A stretch of DNA of 64,000 bases, from NCBI GenBank assembly GCA_963697165.1, contig CAVOMX010000025.1, positions 118,525 to 182,524 of the forward strand. The letters run 5' to 3'. Source of the DNA: Candidatus Bathyarchaeota archaeon (GTDB lineage Archaea; Thermoproteota; Bathyarchaeia; Bathyarchaeales; Bathyarchaeaceae). Position numbers and translations under genes: made by a program. Numbering within the stretch: position 1 is the first letter of the stretch; the number at the start of each line of letters is the position of its first letter. The notes beneath the pieces are model-generated. The model searched no databases, was not told the origin of the DNA, and was given only the letters and a program-made list of their open reading frames with translations. This document shows, in pieces, positions 32,134 to 42,278 of this stretch.

Positions 32134-32316
32134 TTGCCTCAGCAGGTAGTTTGCGAAAAATGCGGTTTTATTCTATATGAGGGCACAGATTTGAAACCCC
32201 CAGATGAGATAATCCAAACTCACGAGGGAAAATGCCCTAAATGCGGCAAAAAAATTTCTTTTATGCCAAAAAAGGTTGACGTTAAATCCGCCGGGGACAC
32301 ATACAGAAAACGTTGA
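32134..32316 (+). CDS. Small Zn-ribbon protein
   Basis: CEKCG...CPKCG, TTG start. Confidence 0.8.
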   Translation: MPQQVVCEKCGFILYEGTDLKPPDEIIQTHEGKCPKCGKKISFMPKKVDVKSAGDTYRKR

Positions 32317-32422
32317 TGGTTTTGAGTCCTACAGAAGTTCATCTGCAGGGATGCTCATTTTTTTGAAGGAAAGAAATTAATTTCTCCAAGTATGATACCA
32401 AGATTTGAACGGGTAATGGAAA

Positions 32423-32548
32423 ATGGTGAAGTGGGCATGTATGAAGTGTGGACATAAATGGAGCGACGAAAACAAAATCGAGCCTAGGCAGTGCCCCATG
32501 TGTGGATGCGGCATCATCTACGTTCCGAGAGTCATCAAACAGAAGTAG
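32423..32548 (+). CDS. 41-aa Zn-ribbon protein (Rpo12/RpoP-like; not in the ORF track)
   Basis: MVKWACMKCGHKWSDENKIEPRQCPMCGCGIIYVPRVIKQK. Confidence 0.7.
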   Translation: MVKWACMKCGHKWSDENKIEPRQCPMCGCGIIYVPRVIKQK

Positions 32549-32659
32549 GTCAAACAGGAAATTGGCCGGGTATCTGGACATTCCAAATGATGCTTTTTGT
32601 ATCTAAGTTGCTGTCCGTTACTTTTGTTTGAGTGTAGATTAAAAAGTTAAAATATTTCT

Positions 32660-34969
32660 TTGTTCAAAAGAAGGGAGTTAATAAGTGTGGAATACCACAA
32701 GAAAAATATAGGTTCATTGCTTTCATTGACGAGAGAAGGGTTTGCGGTGAAGATTGGAAAAATATTTAGTAAAGAAAATGCAGTTAACGCCTTAACGAAC
32801 ATTGGAGCTCTTCGCTTCCGGATGTCTCATTCTTCTCTATTGCACATATCGCTACTGCTCGTTATTCTTGTTATAGCCGCCACGATTAGGCTGCTTCCGC
32901 TCCAATGGGGTTTCCAACTCTCAGAATTTGACCCTCACATTCATTACCGTTTAACCAAGTACATAGTTGATAACGGATTGTTTTCTTGGACATCATGGAC
33001 AGACATGATGAGCTGGTACCCGCAAGGATACAACATTTCAGGCGCAATTTATCCGGGGCTGGCAGTAACAGCAGCGATCTTTTATCAAATAGCTAATGCG
33101 CTGAATCTTGCTCCGGCGCCAATTCTCAGTTCAGAAGTTTATCATCCTCTAACCGCTGACCCTGTTTTCAATTTCTGTGTATTGTTTCCAGTGATTATGG
33201 CGACATTGACCGTTCTGGTTATCTACTTTGTTGGAAGAGACATGGGCGGCAAAGAAGTGGGGCTCTTTTCAGCATTCTTTTTAGCTCTAAGTTCAGCATA
33301 TATTAGCCGTACCACCCTTGGTTTCTTTGATGATGAAACCGTCGGAATCTTAGGCATCCTCTTGTTTGTCTTCTTCTTCCTGAGGTCTATTGACCCTGAA
33401 AGATCCATCAAAAGCACAGTTACATATGCAGTTGCCGGAGGATTATCATTAGGTTATCTCTTTTCGTCTTGGGGAGCAGCACTGTATCCTCTCGGAATTA
33501 CGTTGGTTTTCGTCTTTGTTCTACTCGTAATAAAACGATATTCAACTCGTCTCTTTATTTCATATAGCACAACATTTGCCGTTTCACTGTTAATAGCAAC
33601 AATGGTACCAAAGTTGGGAACATCATTTCTGACACAGCCTACAACCATAGCGGTTGTTGGAATGTTCCTTGTGCTATTCATCTACGAAATTTCTCGCCGC
33701 ATAAAAACCCCTAAAACGAAAACGATTTTTATTATTAGCTTCATAGCCTTGATTGTCACCTTGTTAGTTGCACTTTCAAGTTTCGGATTAATCGGGTCAC
33801 TAGGAGAGAAGTTTGTTTCAGTTATATTTCCCAATACACGTATAGGTGAAAGTGCGACACAACAACTTGTGCAGTCTGTGCAGGAACACAGACCAGCCAC
33901 TTGGGGATCATTTTACTATGACCTAGGCATAGGAATACTCTTCGTACCTATTGGCTTATTCTTTATAATACAGAATCCAACAAACCGCAATATTTTCCTC
34001 GCAATATTCGGTTTGACAGCCATCTACTTCGCAGGTTCATTTGCGCGGTTAACTCTGCTTTTGGCACCAGTCGTTAGCATCTTATGGGCATTAGCTTTGG
34101 TTCAGTTGATCAGACCCTTTGTTACAATATTGCGGGAAAACCCAAAAATCCCGAGACGTAAAATGCGTTTCAGACCTCGCGTGGGAAAGGAATTCAGTGC
34201 AGCATTCATCATCCTAATGTTCCTCTTGTTAACGGTTACCTTCGTATTACCAAGCAGCGGTTCAGATTATTCGAGAGTCATAAACCGCGCATATTCGCCT
34301 ACAACTATCGCTGCCTCGAGTTTACCACTTAGACCTAACGAAATCGTTAGCGATTGGCTAGATACACTCAATTGGATACGAATTAATCTGGACGACAATG
34401 CTGTGGTGGGGGCTTGGTGGGATTATGGATACTGGATCACAGCTATCGGCAACAAAACAACTCTTGCGGATAACGGTACAGTGAATACTACGAAGATAGG
34501 CGATATTGGGAGAATGTTCATTTCGAATGAAACTCAAGCCATAGAATGGCTAAAAGAATATGATGTAACGCATGTTTTGGTTTTTACAAGCTTTGGAACA
34601 GACGGACAATCTAACACAATATATGATGCAGGATATGGTGATGAAGGAAAATGGAGATGGATGGCAAAGATTGGCCAATTAGATGACACCCTATACGGAA
34701 ACTATACACTTGGAAAAGACTGGATAGACACAAACGAGAATGGTTCAGTAGACACGGATGAAATAGTAGATAATGCTATGGGAAACAGCACAGTATTGTA
34801 CAAACTTATGCACTACGCAAGTGACACTCTTGCTTTAGGTTCCTCAAGCATCCAGCTAGAACACTTTGATAAGGCATATTTCTCACAGAGCCCAGAAACA
34901 ATAAAATGGTTCGCAGACGCGAACGGTTACTTCGTAGCGGTAGTATGCGTGTATGAGGTCATCTACTAG
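32660..34969 (+). CDS. aglB: Oligosaccharyltransferase AglB/STT3
   Basis: EFDP, GFFDDE, SVQEH, WWDYG, DNGT motifs; many TMs. Confidence 0.95.
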   Translation: MFKRRELISVEYHKKNIGSLLSLTREGFAVKIGKIFSKENAVNALTNIGALRFRMSHSSLLHISLLLVILVIAATIRLLPLQWGFQLSEFDPHIHYRLTKYIVDNGLFSWTSWTDMMSWYPQGYNISGAIYPGLAVTAAIFYQIANALNLAPAPILSSEVYHPLTADPVFNFCVLFPVIMATLTVLVIYFVGRDMGGKEVGLFSAFFLALSSAYISRTTLGFFDDETVGILGILLFVFFFLRSIDPERSIKSTVTYAVAGGLSLGYLFSSWGAALYPLGITLVFVFVLLVIKRYSTRLFISYSTTFAVSLLIATMVPKLGTSFLTQPTTIAVVGMFLVLFIYEISRRIKTPKTKTIFIISFIALIVTLLVALSSFGLIGSLGEKFVSVIFPNTRIGESATQQLVQSVQEHRPATWGSFYYDLGIGILFVPIGLFFIIQNPTNRNIFLAIFGLTAIYFAGSFARLTLLLAPVVSILWALALVQLIRPFVTILRENPKIPRRKMRFRPRVGKEFSAAFIILMFLLLTVTFVLPSSGSDYSRVINRAYSPTTIAASSLPLRPNEIVSDWLDTLNWIRINLDDNAVVGAWWDYGYWITAIGNKTTLADNGTVNTTKIGDIGRMFISNETQAIEWLKEYDVTHVLVFTSFGTDGQSNTIYDAGYGDEGKWRWMAKIGQLDDTLYGNYTLGKDWIDTNENGSVDTDEIVDNAMGNSTVLYKLMHYASDTLALGSSSIQLEHFDKAYFSQSPETIKWFADANGYFVAVVCVYEVIY

Positions 34970-34980
34970 TAAGGTATACC

Positions 34981-35754
34981 TCAAGAAATGTAGGTGATTC
35001 TCTCTTCTTCTACCCTGCGCATTTTTTGCATATACTTAACTCGTCGTTTCTCGATGTCCCGCATTCTACCAAGTATCTCTTTAGAACGCTTTATCTCCTC
35101 ATCCAATCCCTTCAAATCAACAGTGACATCAATAAGGTTCTGCAGAACATCTATAACGCTTTTAGCTGTCTTCGGGTCAGGTAAGTAGCCGCGAGTTTCA
35201 CCCAAAAGACAAACAGCGTCCATCTTCCTAAATTTCGCTAACCCCAAAAGCAAACCCGCAGTCCCCACAATAGGAGTTCCTGCCTCGCTGGATAATGCCT
35301 TGGCCTTCAGAGCTTTCTCAAAAAGAACAGAACTTGTTGATACTGCAACCACGTTCGGGGTGCCTTCAACCTCGTTTCTGTATCCGCCAATTGTAACGAT
35401 AGTCTTCACTTTTTTCTTTTCAACAAAGTCGAGGATACTATTAGCTACCTCAAACTGGCCCTCAATTGTTTGGGGTTGACTGTCCCCAACAAGGAAAATG
35501 AAATCGTTTTCTCCAGTCTCGTTTTTCCAGAAATAGAATTCCCCACGAAGAAGCCTAGCGCTTCCTTTCTTGTTGACAATAACATGATAGGGAAAATGGG
35601 GAGAATACAAGACTGCAAATTTTTTGGCTTTTAACTGCTTTACAAGATATTTTGTGGCTATGCTCCCCACCATACCTAATCCAGGAAAGCCTTCAATCAG
35701 AATCGGATTCTTCAACTCAACATTCGCTAGTTCCTTAATTACTGTTGTTTTCAT
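34981..35754 (-). CDS. PAC2-family proteasome assembly chaperone
   Basis: EGFPGLGMVG, GDSQP, TIGGY, PDPKTA; eIF2a-nop10-PAC2 synteny. Confidence 0.9.
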   Translation of the reverse strand: MKTTVIKELANVELKNPILIEGFPGLGMVGSIATKYLVKQLKAKKFAVLYSPHFPYHVIVNKKGSARLLRGEFYFWKNETGENDFIFLVGDSQPQTIEGQFEVANSILDFVEKKKVKTIVTIGGYRNEVEGTPNVVAVSTSSVLFEKALKAKALSSEAGTPIVGTAGLLLGLAKFRKMDAVCLLGETRGYLPDPKTAKSVIDVLQNLIDVTVDLKGLDEEIKRSKEILGRMRDIEKRRVKYMQKMRRVEEERITYIS

Positions 35755-35917
35755 TCTGCCCTAAACTCCTCATTGCCTGTCTATACTTTGCGTACCGATC
35801 TTCAGGCGAGAACTTAGCAGGATGCGGGATACGCAAGTTACCTCCACAAACGGGGCAGCTTTCCTGATTCAGCGTATAATTTTCGCACTTTATACATTTT
35901 CTAAGGAGCCAAACCAT
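35735..35917 (-). CDS. nop10: H/ACA RNP protein Nop10
   Basis: RKC..C..YTL...CP.CG....PHPAKFSPEDRY. Confidence 0.93.
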   Translation of the reverse strand: MVWLLRKCIKCENYTLNQESCPVCGGNLRIPHPAKFSPEDRYAKYRQAMRSLGQNENNSN

Positions 35918-36088
35918 CAACGCCACCCGTTTATACCATTTTTTGCTTATTATTTTTGGGTATTCACACCTATTGTGCGAACACACCTATTTACGTTTCC
36001 AATAAGCAGAAAGCGCCATCTTTCGACCACTTTCTGCTCAACAGATCCAAGACAGCAAAAGCACCAAGCAACCCAACTTCTTACTCTT

Positions 36089-36144
36089 GGCATAATAGGA
36101 AACTAATAATATCTAATTGTTGAAAAAGGCCTTTTTCAGGAAAA
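36089..36144. repeat. Dispersed ~60-bp intergenic repeat, copy 2 (contains the 18-bp palindrome tgaaaaaggcctttttca)
   Basis: Aligns with 20260-20320. Confidence 0.7.
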
Positions 36145-36174
36145 GGCTGGACCAAAAAAACCCTATAAAGAAAC

Positions 36175-36966
36175 TTACTTCTCTCTGTTGAAGGCGCCCT
36201 TTCCCCCACTCTTTGAAATGAAGTCTAACGCTGAGGCAGTGGCTTTCTCCAAGACATTTTCGGCAGTTTTGTAGTCATCAGCCGAAACCACAATACGATA
36301 GTTGGGAGGCGAAACAAGATACACACTTACATCTGCTCCCTCTGATTCTCCAACCTCTTTAGCATGTTTCAAGGTATCTTTGATGATGAGCACCCCTTTC
36401 GGTTTCGGGTTCTGAAGCTCCAGAATACCTTTCACATTCACCAAGGATATCTGAATCTTTTCCTTCGCAATCTCCTCTAGGGTAACAGCAAGATCGTTAT
36501 CGATTCCGAGCTCAAGCAGAACATCTATGCCATCTTTCGCAGTCTTCTCCAGCCCCTGATGAAGATCCCCAAAAGCATTCTCAATCAACGCTCCTGCCTT
36601 CTCGTAGGCTTCCTCGAAAGAAATGTTCAATTTTTCAGCGGCGGTACGCAGCAAACTCTCCGCTTTACGATCCTTTTTCCAAGACAGAAGCTTCTCCTTC
36701 TTATCCCGCTTCGTAACCCTTCTACGCGACAGGTCAACTTGACCCTTGGCCGCCTGAACACGCAGAACCTTAAGCACAACCTTCTGTCCCTCACGAACAT
36801 AATCACGGACATTTCGTACCCAGCGAGAAGCAACCTCAGAAACATGCAGGAGACCCTCCTTGTCGTATTCATCTAATCTAACGTAAACACCATAAGAGGT
36901 AATGTTCACAACAGTAGCAATAACCAGATCGCCTACCTCAGGCCACTCAGGTCTCCTTAAACTCAT
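36175..36966 (-). CDS. eif2a: Translation initiation factor 2 alpha subunit
   Basis: S1 domain PEVGDLV...EGLLHVSE, VDLS, PPNYRI. Confidence 0.95.
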   Translation of the reverse strand: MSLRRPEWPEVGDLVIATVVNITSYGVYVRLDEYDKEGLLHVSEVASRWVRNVRDYVREGQKVVLKVLRVQAAKGQVDLSRRRVTKRDKKEKLLSWKKDRKAESLLRTAAEKLNISFEEAYEKAGALIENAFGDLHQGLEKTAKDGIDVLLELGIDNDLAVTLEEIAKEKIQISLVNVKGILELQNPKPKGVLIIKDTLKHAKEVGESEGADVSVYLVSPPNYRIVVSADDYKTAENVLEKATASALDFISKSGGKGAFNREK

Positions 36967-36990
36967 TTTCTTCTAGTTCCTTCCTCTTTT

Positions 36991-37188
36991 TTACTCAAGT
37001 ACAGCAGTAATCTCGCCCTTGACGTTTGCCTTTCCGCCAGAAGGCTCCGCTAAAATCGCTCTACACACATTACAGTGGACAGAACTGGTAGCATGACTGA
37101 AAACGAACTGTTCGTTTCCACAGTCAGGACACTTTATTCTATAGAAACTGCTGTTAGGTTTCGGTATAACTTTATCCCATTCACTCAA
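36991..37188 (-). CDS. rps27e: 30S ribosomal protein S27e
   Basis: KCPDCGNEQ..FSH...C..C...L.EP.GGKA. Confidence 0.95.
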   Translation of the reverse strand: MSEWDKVIPKPNSSFYRIKCPDCGNEQFVFSHATSSVHCNVCRAILAEPSGGKANVKGEITAVLE

Positions 37189-37205
37189 CTTTTCTTCACC
37201 CCACT

Positions 37206-37493
37206 TTAGGTTATAATCAATTTTTTAAGACGAATACCTTTCTTATGTCGCATAAAACCGCAGCTCTTACACTTGAGCCTCAGCGTCTGCTTTTTAGTCA
37301 CTTTAGCAAACTTCCTTTGACGAGGAAATTTCTGTCCACCATAGCCCTTCTTTTCCCGCAGTTCATGAGCTCTCTCTCCCTTGGCTAGGGCTCTCCTCTT
37401 CCCCGCCTTATACAAGGAAACAGCGTGAACCTTATGAGACTGACACTTGGGACAATATGTGTTAACTTCTTTTGGAGTGTTCATCGCAATCAC
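37206..37493 (-). CDS. rpl44e: 50S ribosomal protein L44e
   Basis: PK...TYCPKC..H, GYGGQ, K.TKK..LRLKC..C. Confidence 0.95.
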   Translation of the reverse strand: MIAMNTPKEVNTYCPKCQSHKVHAVSLYKAGKRRALAKGERAHELREKKGYGGQKFPRQRKFAKVTKKQTLRLKCKSCGFMRHKKGIRLKKLIIT

Positions 37494-37563
37494 AGACTAG
37501 TAGGTATAAAACAGCCCCCTTAATTACTATTTATACGTTTCTTCCACGCATTTAGTAGTCTTT

Positions 37564-38907
37564 TCATTTGACCTTTCTGAACAGTTGTTCTCCTTCAATT
37601 TGGCATACATATTCAAAGCCGTTTTCAACGAGTTTCTTTGCATCTTTAGCGGTTGATGCTACCTCACAGATGTAGCTGTCAGGTCTTAAATCGCTATAGA
37701 TTTCTTCGTAGAGATCGACGTATCTTTGGGTAGTCATTATACTCTTGTGCCCTAGTACTCTCTTCACGTGTTGCATTGACTTTGTTTTGTGGTATTCTCG
37801 AAGGGCTTTGCAATGTCGAAAGGTGTGGTAATGAATTTTAGTTAATCTAGGGTTATCATGAAGCCTCGCCAGCTTTTTCACTCTATTTCTGAAGCATGTT
37901 TGTCTAACCTTTTGTGTTAGTCTAGGAAAAACAGTCTTCTCCTTCCTCGGTAAACTTAGTAACTTTTGCATTAGAAGCTTTGAAACGGTTAAAACGCGTG
38001 CATTGCCATTTTTGGAGGCTCTGATACTTACTTTATTGCGTTCATAATCTAAATCGGTCCATTCTAGTCGTTCTGCTTCGTTAACTCTTGCACCTGTTTC
38101 ATAGACGAGTAAAGTAAAGACATGGCTTGCTTTGCTGCCGCAATTAATTGCCAGTTTTAGTTCATCTTCTGTGGGAATGAAAGCTCTTTTGTGTTCCTGT
38201 TTGTACTGAGGCTTTTTCCAAGGAATACCTACGAACTTCAGAAAACTGTCGTATGCATAGCAGACTAGGCATTTGGTATTTCGACTTTCCAGTTTATTGG
38301 CTATCACTAATTTTATTTCTTCTGGATTCATCAAGTCAGCGTCTTTTGCGAGTATTTCCAGGTAATCTATGTATGTTTTGATTGTGCTATCAGATCGGCC
38401 CATTTTCTTCAGATGCCAGGCATAAGATATCAGTTGTCCTTTGATGTTGCTCTCCCGCTGAGCTACTTTTTGTTGGGTTTCCACTTTGACCAAGTTTTTC
38501 GTCCCCTTTGTCTGGGTGACGCAGATTTGGCGATCAAAAAGTAAGCTATAAGGTGTATTTAATGGCAATCTATGGACAATTTGAACAGGTTTAGGCTCAT
38601 TGGATTGATCTAATCGGGTTTCGCTAAACCTTAAGCCGCATTCTCGGCAGAAATAGCGTTGTATTCTTTCGTGCTCTGTCTGTCTGGTCCCATCCTTCCA
38701 TGTTTTGGTTGAGCCGCATTCTGGGCAGGTTGGGACCTTTTTTGTCATTTTATGTTCCTCAGGGTAGAGATATAGGCGCATCATTTGGCGAGGTTTGGTT
38801 TTGAGTTTTAGTCTTATTTCCCATGGAAGTGTTATTCGGCCGTCAGTTGATCCGTCTGTGCAGAGTTTGGCAAAGAATTCGTTCTTTGAATTGAGGCCTA
38901 TTTGCAT
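37564..38907 (-). CDS. Tyrosine integrase with N-terminal Zn ribbon (start ~38748) and an in-frame AbrB-like segment upstream
   Basis: TGAR, SK, HTFRH, LGH, TQRY catalytic set; CPECGS...QRYFCREC. Confidence 0.9.
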   Translation of the reverse strand: MQIGLNSKNEFFAKLCTDGSTDGRITLPWEIRLKLKTKPRQMMRLYLYPEEHKMTKKVPTCPECGSTKTWKDGTRQTEHERIQRYFCRECGLRFSETRLDQSNEPKPVQIVHRLPLNTPYSLLFDRQICVTQTKGTKNLVKVETQQKVAQRESNIKGQLISYAWHLKKMGRSDSTIKTYIDYLEILAKDADLMNPEEIKLVIANKLESRNTKCLVCYAYDSFLKFVGIPWKKPQYKQEHKRAFIPTEDELKLAINCGSKASHVFTLLVYETGARVNEAERLEWTDLDYERNKVSIRASKNGNARVLTVSKLLMQKLLSLPRKEKTVFPRLTQKVRQTCFRNRVKKLARLHDNPRLTKIHYHTFRHCKALREYHKTKSMQHVKRVLGHKSIMTTQRYVDLYEEIYSDLRPDSYICEVASTAKDAKKLVENGFEYVCQIEGEQLFRKVK

Positions 38908-39038
38908 AATGATTCTATCTTTATTCTCAGAAATTTTCCAGATTCTAGTTTGAGGTGTTGTCTAATTTCTATTGGTATTTGGATGCGGTTTTCGCGCTGA
39001 AGTAGTGCAAGGAAATGTATTGTGTCATCTTTTTTCAA
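38898..39038 (-). CDS. AbrB/MazE-like small DNA-binding protein (46 aa, not in the ORF track)
   Basis: MKKDDTIHFLALLQRENRIQIPIEIRQHLKLESGKFLRIKI. Confidence 0.6.
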   Translation of the reverse strand: MKKDDTIHFLALLQRENRIQIPIEIRQHLKLESGKFLRIKIESLCK

Positions 39039-39100
39039 CTTTTGTCATCTCCCCTCATCTTTTGTCAACTTTGTACAACTTTGGACACCTTTCCTCAACG
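39021..39100. repeat. Eight tandem degenerate 10-bp units, consensus TTTGTCAWCT
   Basis: tgtgtcatct tttttcaact tttgtcatct cccctcatct tttgtcaact ttgtacaact ttggacacct ttcctcaacg. Confidence 0.75.
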
Positions 39101-39231
39101 GGTGATACAGTTGTTTTAAGCCCTGTTTTTGTAAAGCAAGCTGGAAAATGCTTTGTTTCGATTTTTTGATTTTTTTTGCATACCGTTCTTCTTCTACTAA
39201 AAAGAATTCAGAATCTTGTACATTTCAGAGG

Positions 39232-41020
39232 TCATGTGGTCCATCTCCACCATCCTTCCGGATCCATGGCTAGGTCTCCTTGGTCAACCAGTTTTTCGAA
39301 GAGCTGTTCAGATTCAGGTTCGGTTAGTTTGGGATCGAGTTGTTTGGCTATTTTTTCGAAGTCTTGTTGAGTTCCAGATGAGAAGAGTTCTCTTAATCTA
39401 GATTCGAGTTGAGAAAAGCCTAAATTTTGTAGTTTTTCTTCTACGCCGACAATTTTGGGCTCCTTTAAGGTTTTAGAGTCCTGTTTAGGTTCCAAAGGCT
39501 CTAGAAAATATTCCTCCCTGAAAAGCGTCTCTATGAAATATTTTGTTAGGTCGCAGCTTGAGTTTAAGGGATGTTTTTCTTTGTCCACTAAATTGTTGCA
39601 TATGAAGATGTTTTCTTGGGAGGAATAATTTTGGAGGTTTTCTAGCCAGTTTTTGAGGTCTTTTTCGTGAAAGAAGGGCGTAGATTGTCGGAGCGAATAA
39701 TATAGACGGCTTTCAGCCTTATTTAATGGATAAACTAGTCGTCGGCGTTTGTCTTCTGGGTCTTGTATGGTGTCTACCCAGCCGATGTCTCGTAATAGTT
39801 CGATGTATTTGTAGGCGCTTTTTTTGCTGACTTTTTCTGACATTGTTGTCGTTATGTTTTTCGACTAGTTCTTCGTAGTTGGCGGGTCTTTGGAAGGGAA
39901 CGATTATTTTGTGGTAGAAAGTTATGATGTGTCCGGGTATGCCTGCTCTGGTTGTTTCTTCGAAGCTTTTTAGCAGTTCCAATGCTGTTATGTAGTCGTG
40001 GATGGTTGCCATCCAGTACTGGTTTTTGTTTAGGATTATGTATGGTCTTTTGAAGATGTTGAGTAGGCAGTTAAGTTCTATTAAGGCTATGAAGTGTAGG
40101 TAGTCTCTCATGTCTCTGGATAAGGATGAATGATAGATTCTGCTTAGTTCGTTAGAGTAAGGGATCACTACGTTGTTTATTATGGATAGTCTGCCTGTTA
40201 GTATGTCCAGGAATTCTTGTAGGTTCTTGAATTCTTGGTCGGTTTTGCTGTCGAATTTCCATGGGTATGCTTTCTTTTCGCCTATCAGCTGTATGGCTGC
40301 TTTGATTTTTTCTTGGTCTAAGTCAGGTGTTACTGTGAAGCCTCGGGTTGCTAGGTCTTCGATGTATTTGGTGTCTGTTGTGCAGAAGATGCAGGCTGGC
40401 CAGCCCTTGAGCACTACGTGCATGGTTCTTAGGGCTCCTCCTCCGGGTTTGTCTGTGAATTTGTAGCTGATTTGTGGTGCGTCATGGCTAAGGACTGGTC
40501 TTAGGCGCATGTATGTTTCTAGATGAGGAGATTCCAAGAAAACTAGTATTTTTCCTTCTAGGTTTACTAGGTAGTATGCTTTTCTTAGGCGGTCTCGCCA
40601 TCGTTTTTGGGCTGCTTCATAGGCTTTTTTGTCGAATTTTTCGTTGTCGTCGTTGTAGTCTTCTTTTTTTGGTTTGTCTTCGATGGGGTCGATCTCTTCT
40701 TTGGTTTCTGCGTCTATGAGGGTTCCGAAGTCGTGAACTAGGGCTGTGGGGGAGAGGCCTCCTAGCATCCAGATGGTTGATTGGCGAAAGTAGCGGAGGG
40801 TTTGGGTTACGTTATAGGTTTTGCCGATGGATGATGGTCCTTTTAGGAAAAGGTTTTGTGGGTTTTGGGAATAGGCGCTTAATGCTGTTAGGAAGACCAT
40901 GCGTTTGGTGGCTTGATCCTTTTTCACGGTTTTGTCTAGATGGTTCATGTAAACGTTGAGAAGGTTTGGGTTTGTCTTTAGCTGAAGTAGAGCTTGGTTT
41001 TCTTGGGATTCGTTGATCAT
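39232..41020 (-). CDS. AAA+ (MCM-like) helicase/replication protein with winged-helix C-terminus; frameshift near 39850
   Basis: Walker A GPSSIGKT, SPTAL, ILVFLE, CIFCTT, LATR; C-terminus in 39232-39843. Confidence 0.7.
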
Positions 41021-41032
41021 TAGCGGTTAACC

Positions 41033-41377
41033 TCATTTTTTGAGTTTTTGTCTGTAGATCCGGTCAAGCTTTTCGCCGTAGAGCCAGTAGCTGTGGATGT
41101 AGCCTTCTCCATGATATCGGGTGCTGATTGTGGATTGACTATTCTTAAGAATGGAGATTGCTTTGTTCCAAGCCTCGGTTTGATTGGCTATTTCTTGGGC
41201 GATTTCGTATTCGCCTAAACGGGTGCCTTCTCGTTGCTCGAAATTGAGGGCAAAAAATATGGTTTCTGAGATTGTTTCGTTTGTTTGTTGGTTGCTGATT
41301 TGTTGTTTAAGTTGTTTTGTGGCTGCTTCCACTGATTCTAAATATTTTAGAATTGCTTGTTGTATTTTTTCACTCAT
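41033..41377 (-). CDS. Hypothetical mobile-element protein
   Basis: 114-aa ORF tightly packed in the element operon. Confidence 0.7.
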   Translation of the reverse strand: MSEKIQQAILKYLESVEAATKQLKQQISNQQTNETISETIFFALNFEQREGTRLGEYEIAQEIANQTEAWNKAISILKNSQSTISTRYHGEGYIHSYWLYGEKLDRIYRQKLKK

Positions 41378-41612
41378 ATTTTCTTCTGGTTCTTGTGCTG
41401 CCGCTACCTGCAGCTGTATATTCGCTACCAGATTCTTCTACAATAACGGCTTGGCCGTCGATCTTGGGGTTGTAGTGTCCTAATTCTAGGACATTGATTT
41501 TTCCTCGTAGACCAGTTTTTGCAGCTTCTGCTTTGGCTATTCTGATTAATCCTTCAGCGTCAAAGAAGCCTTTAATGAATAGCGCTTTGCGTTTGTTTTC
41601 TAGATGTGCCAT
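41370..41612 (-). CDS. Hypothetical protein
   Basis: 80-aa ORF overlapping the next gene. Confidence 0.55.
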   Translation of the reverse strand: MAHLENKRKALFIKGFFDAEGLIRIAKAEAAKTGLRGKINVLELGHYNPKIDGQAVIVEESGSEYTAAGSGSTRTRRKYE

Positions 41613-41628
41613 GTTTTTCTCACTCTTT

Positions 41629-42123
41629 TTACATTGTTCCTCTTCTTGTGGCCCATTTGTGGAAATTCATGAATGCTCGTATAGCTCCCTTGCAGAAGAC
41701 GTCTGACATTTTTTCGGGAGTTTCTATTTTCTTTGATTTACAGAATCTTGTGATTCTTTCTCGCATTTTTTGGATGGCTTGAAGTTCTGCTGCGTCTCTG
41801 TAAGGTGTTATTGTTGATAGGATTCCGGCTTCGGGGGTAATTTCTTTTACAATTATGTCTTTGTTGATTTCTGGATACCATTTTTCAAAGTCGGCTAGAG
41901 TCATTTGTTTTGCTACTTCTTCGAAGAATGCTTGCCCTTTGTTGTACTCTTCATTTCCTTCTGTCTGGAGTCTTTTTGCTATTTGCATAAAATTGTCCAG
42001 GTCTCTGATGTTCATGTATTCTGTTATTGCTTTTCTTGATACTTCAGACCAGTTTACTTCAGGATATTGTAGCATTTGTTCGGCGATTTCGTCTGGAATA
42101 TATATGGTTACGTTTTTGGGCAT
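41629..42123 (-). CDS. Ribbon-helix-helix (CopG-like) N-terminal regulator
   Basis: MPKNVTIYIPDEI..QM..YPEVNWSEVSRKAI. Confidence 0.75.
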   Translation of the reverse strand: MPKNVTIYIPDEIAEQMLQYPEVNWSEVSRKAITEYMNIRDLDNFMQIAKRLQTEGNEEYNKGQAFFEEVAKQMTLADFEKWYPEINKDIIVKEITPEAGILSTITPYRDAAELQAIQKMRERITRFCKSKKIETPEKMSDVFCKGAIRAFMNFHKWATRRGTM

Positions 42124-42278
42124 TCTTTTTTCTCCTTTTGTCTGCTGGGAATAATGCGCGGAATAATTATATAAAGTATTCTGTGTAACGTGTGGAATCT
42201 GTGGATTAAGTGTGACTTATGTAAGATGTTTTACTTATTCCATAACAGTTATGTCCTAAATCAGACATATCGGAATGC

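Noticed and set aside
39021..39100. CRISPR array
   Set aside because: Units are 10 bp with no spacers; no CRISPR repeats or cas genes seen in the window
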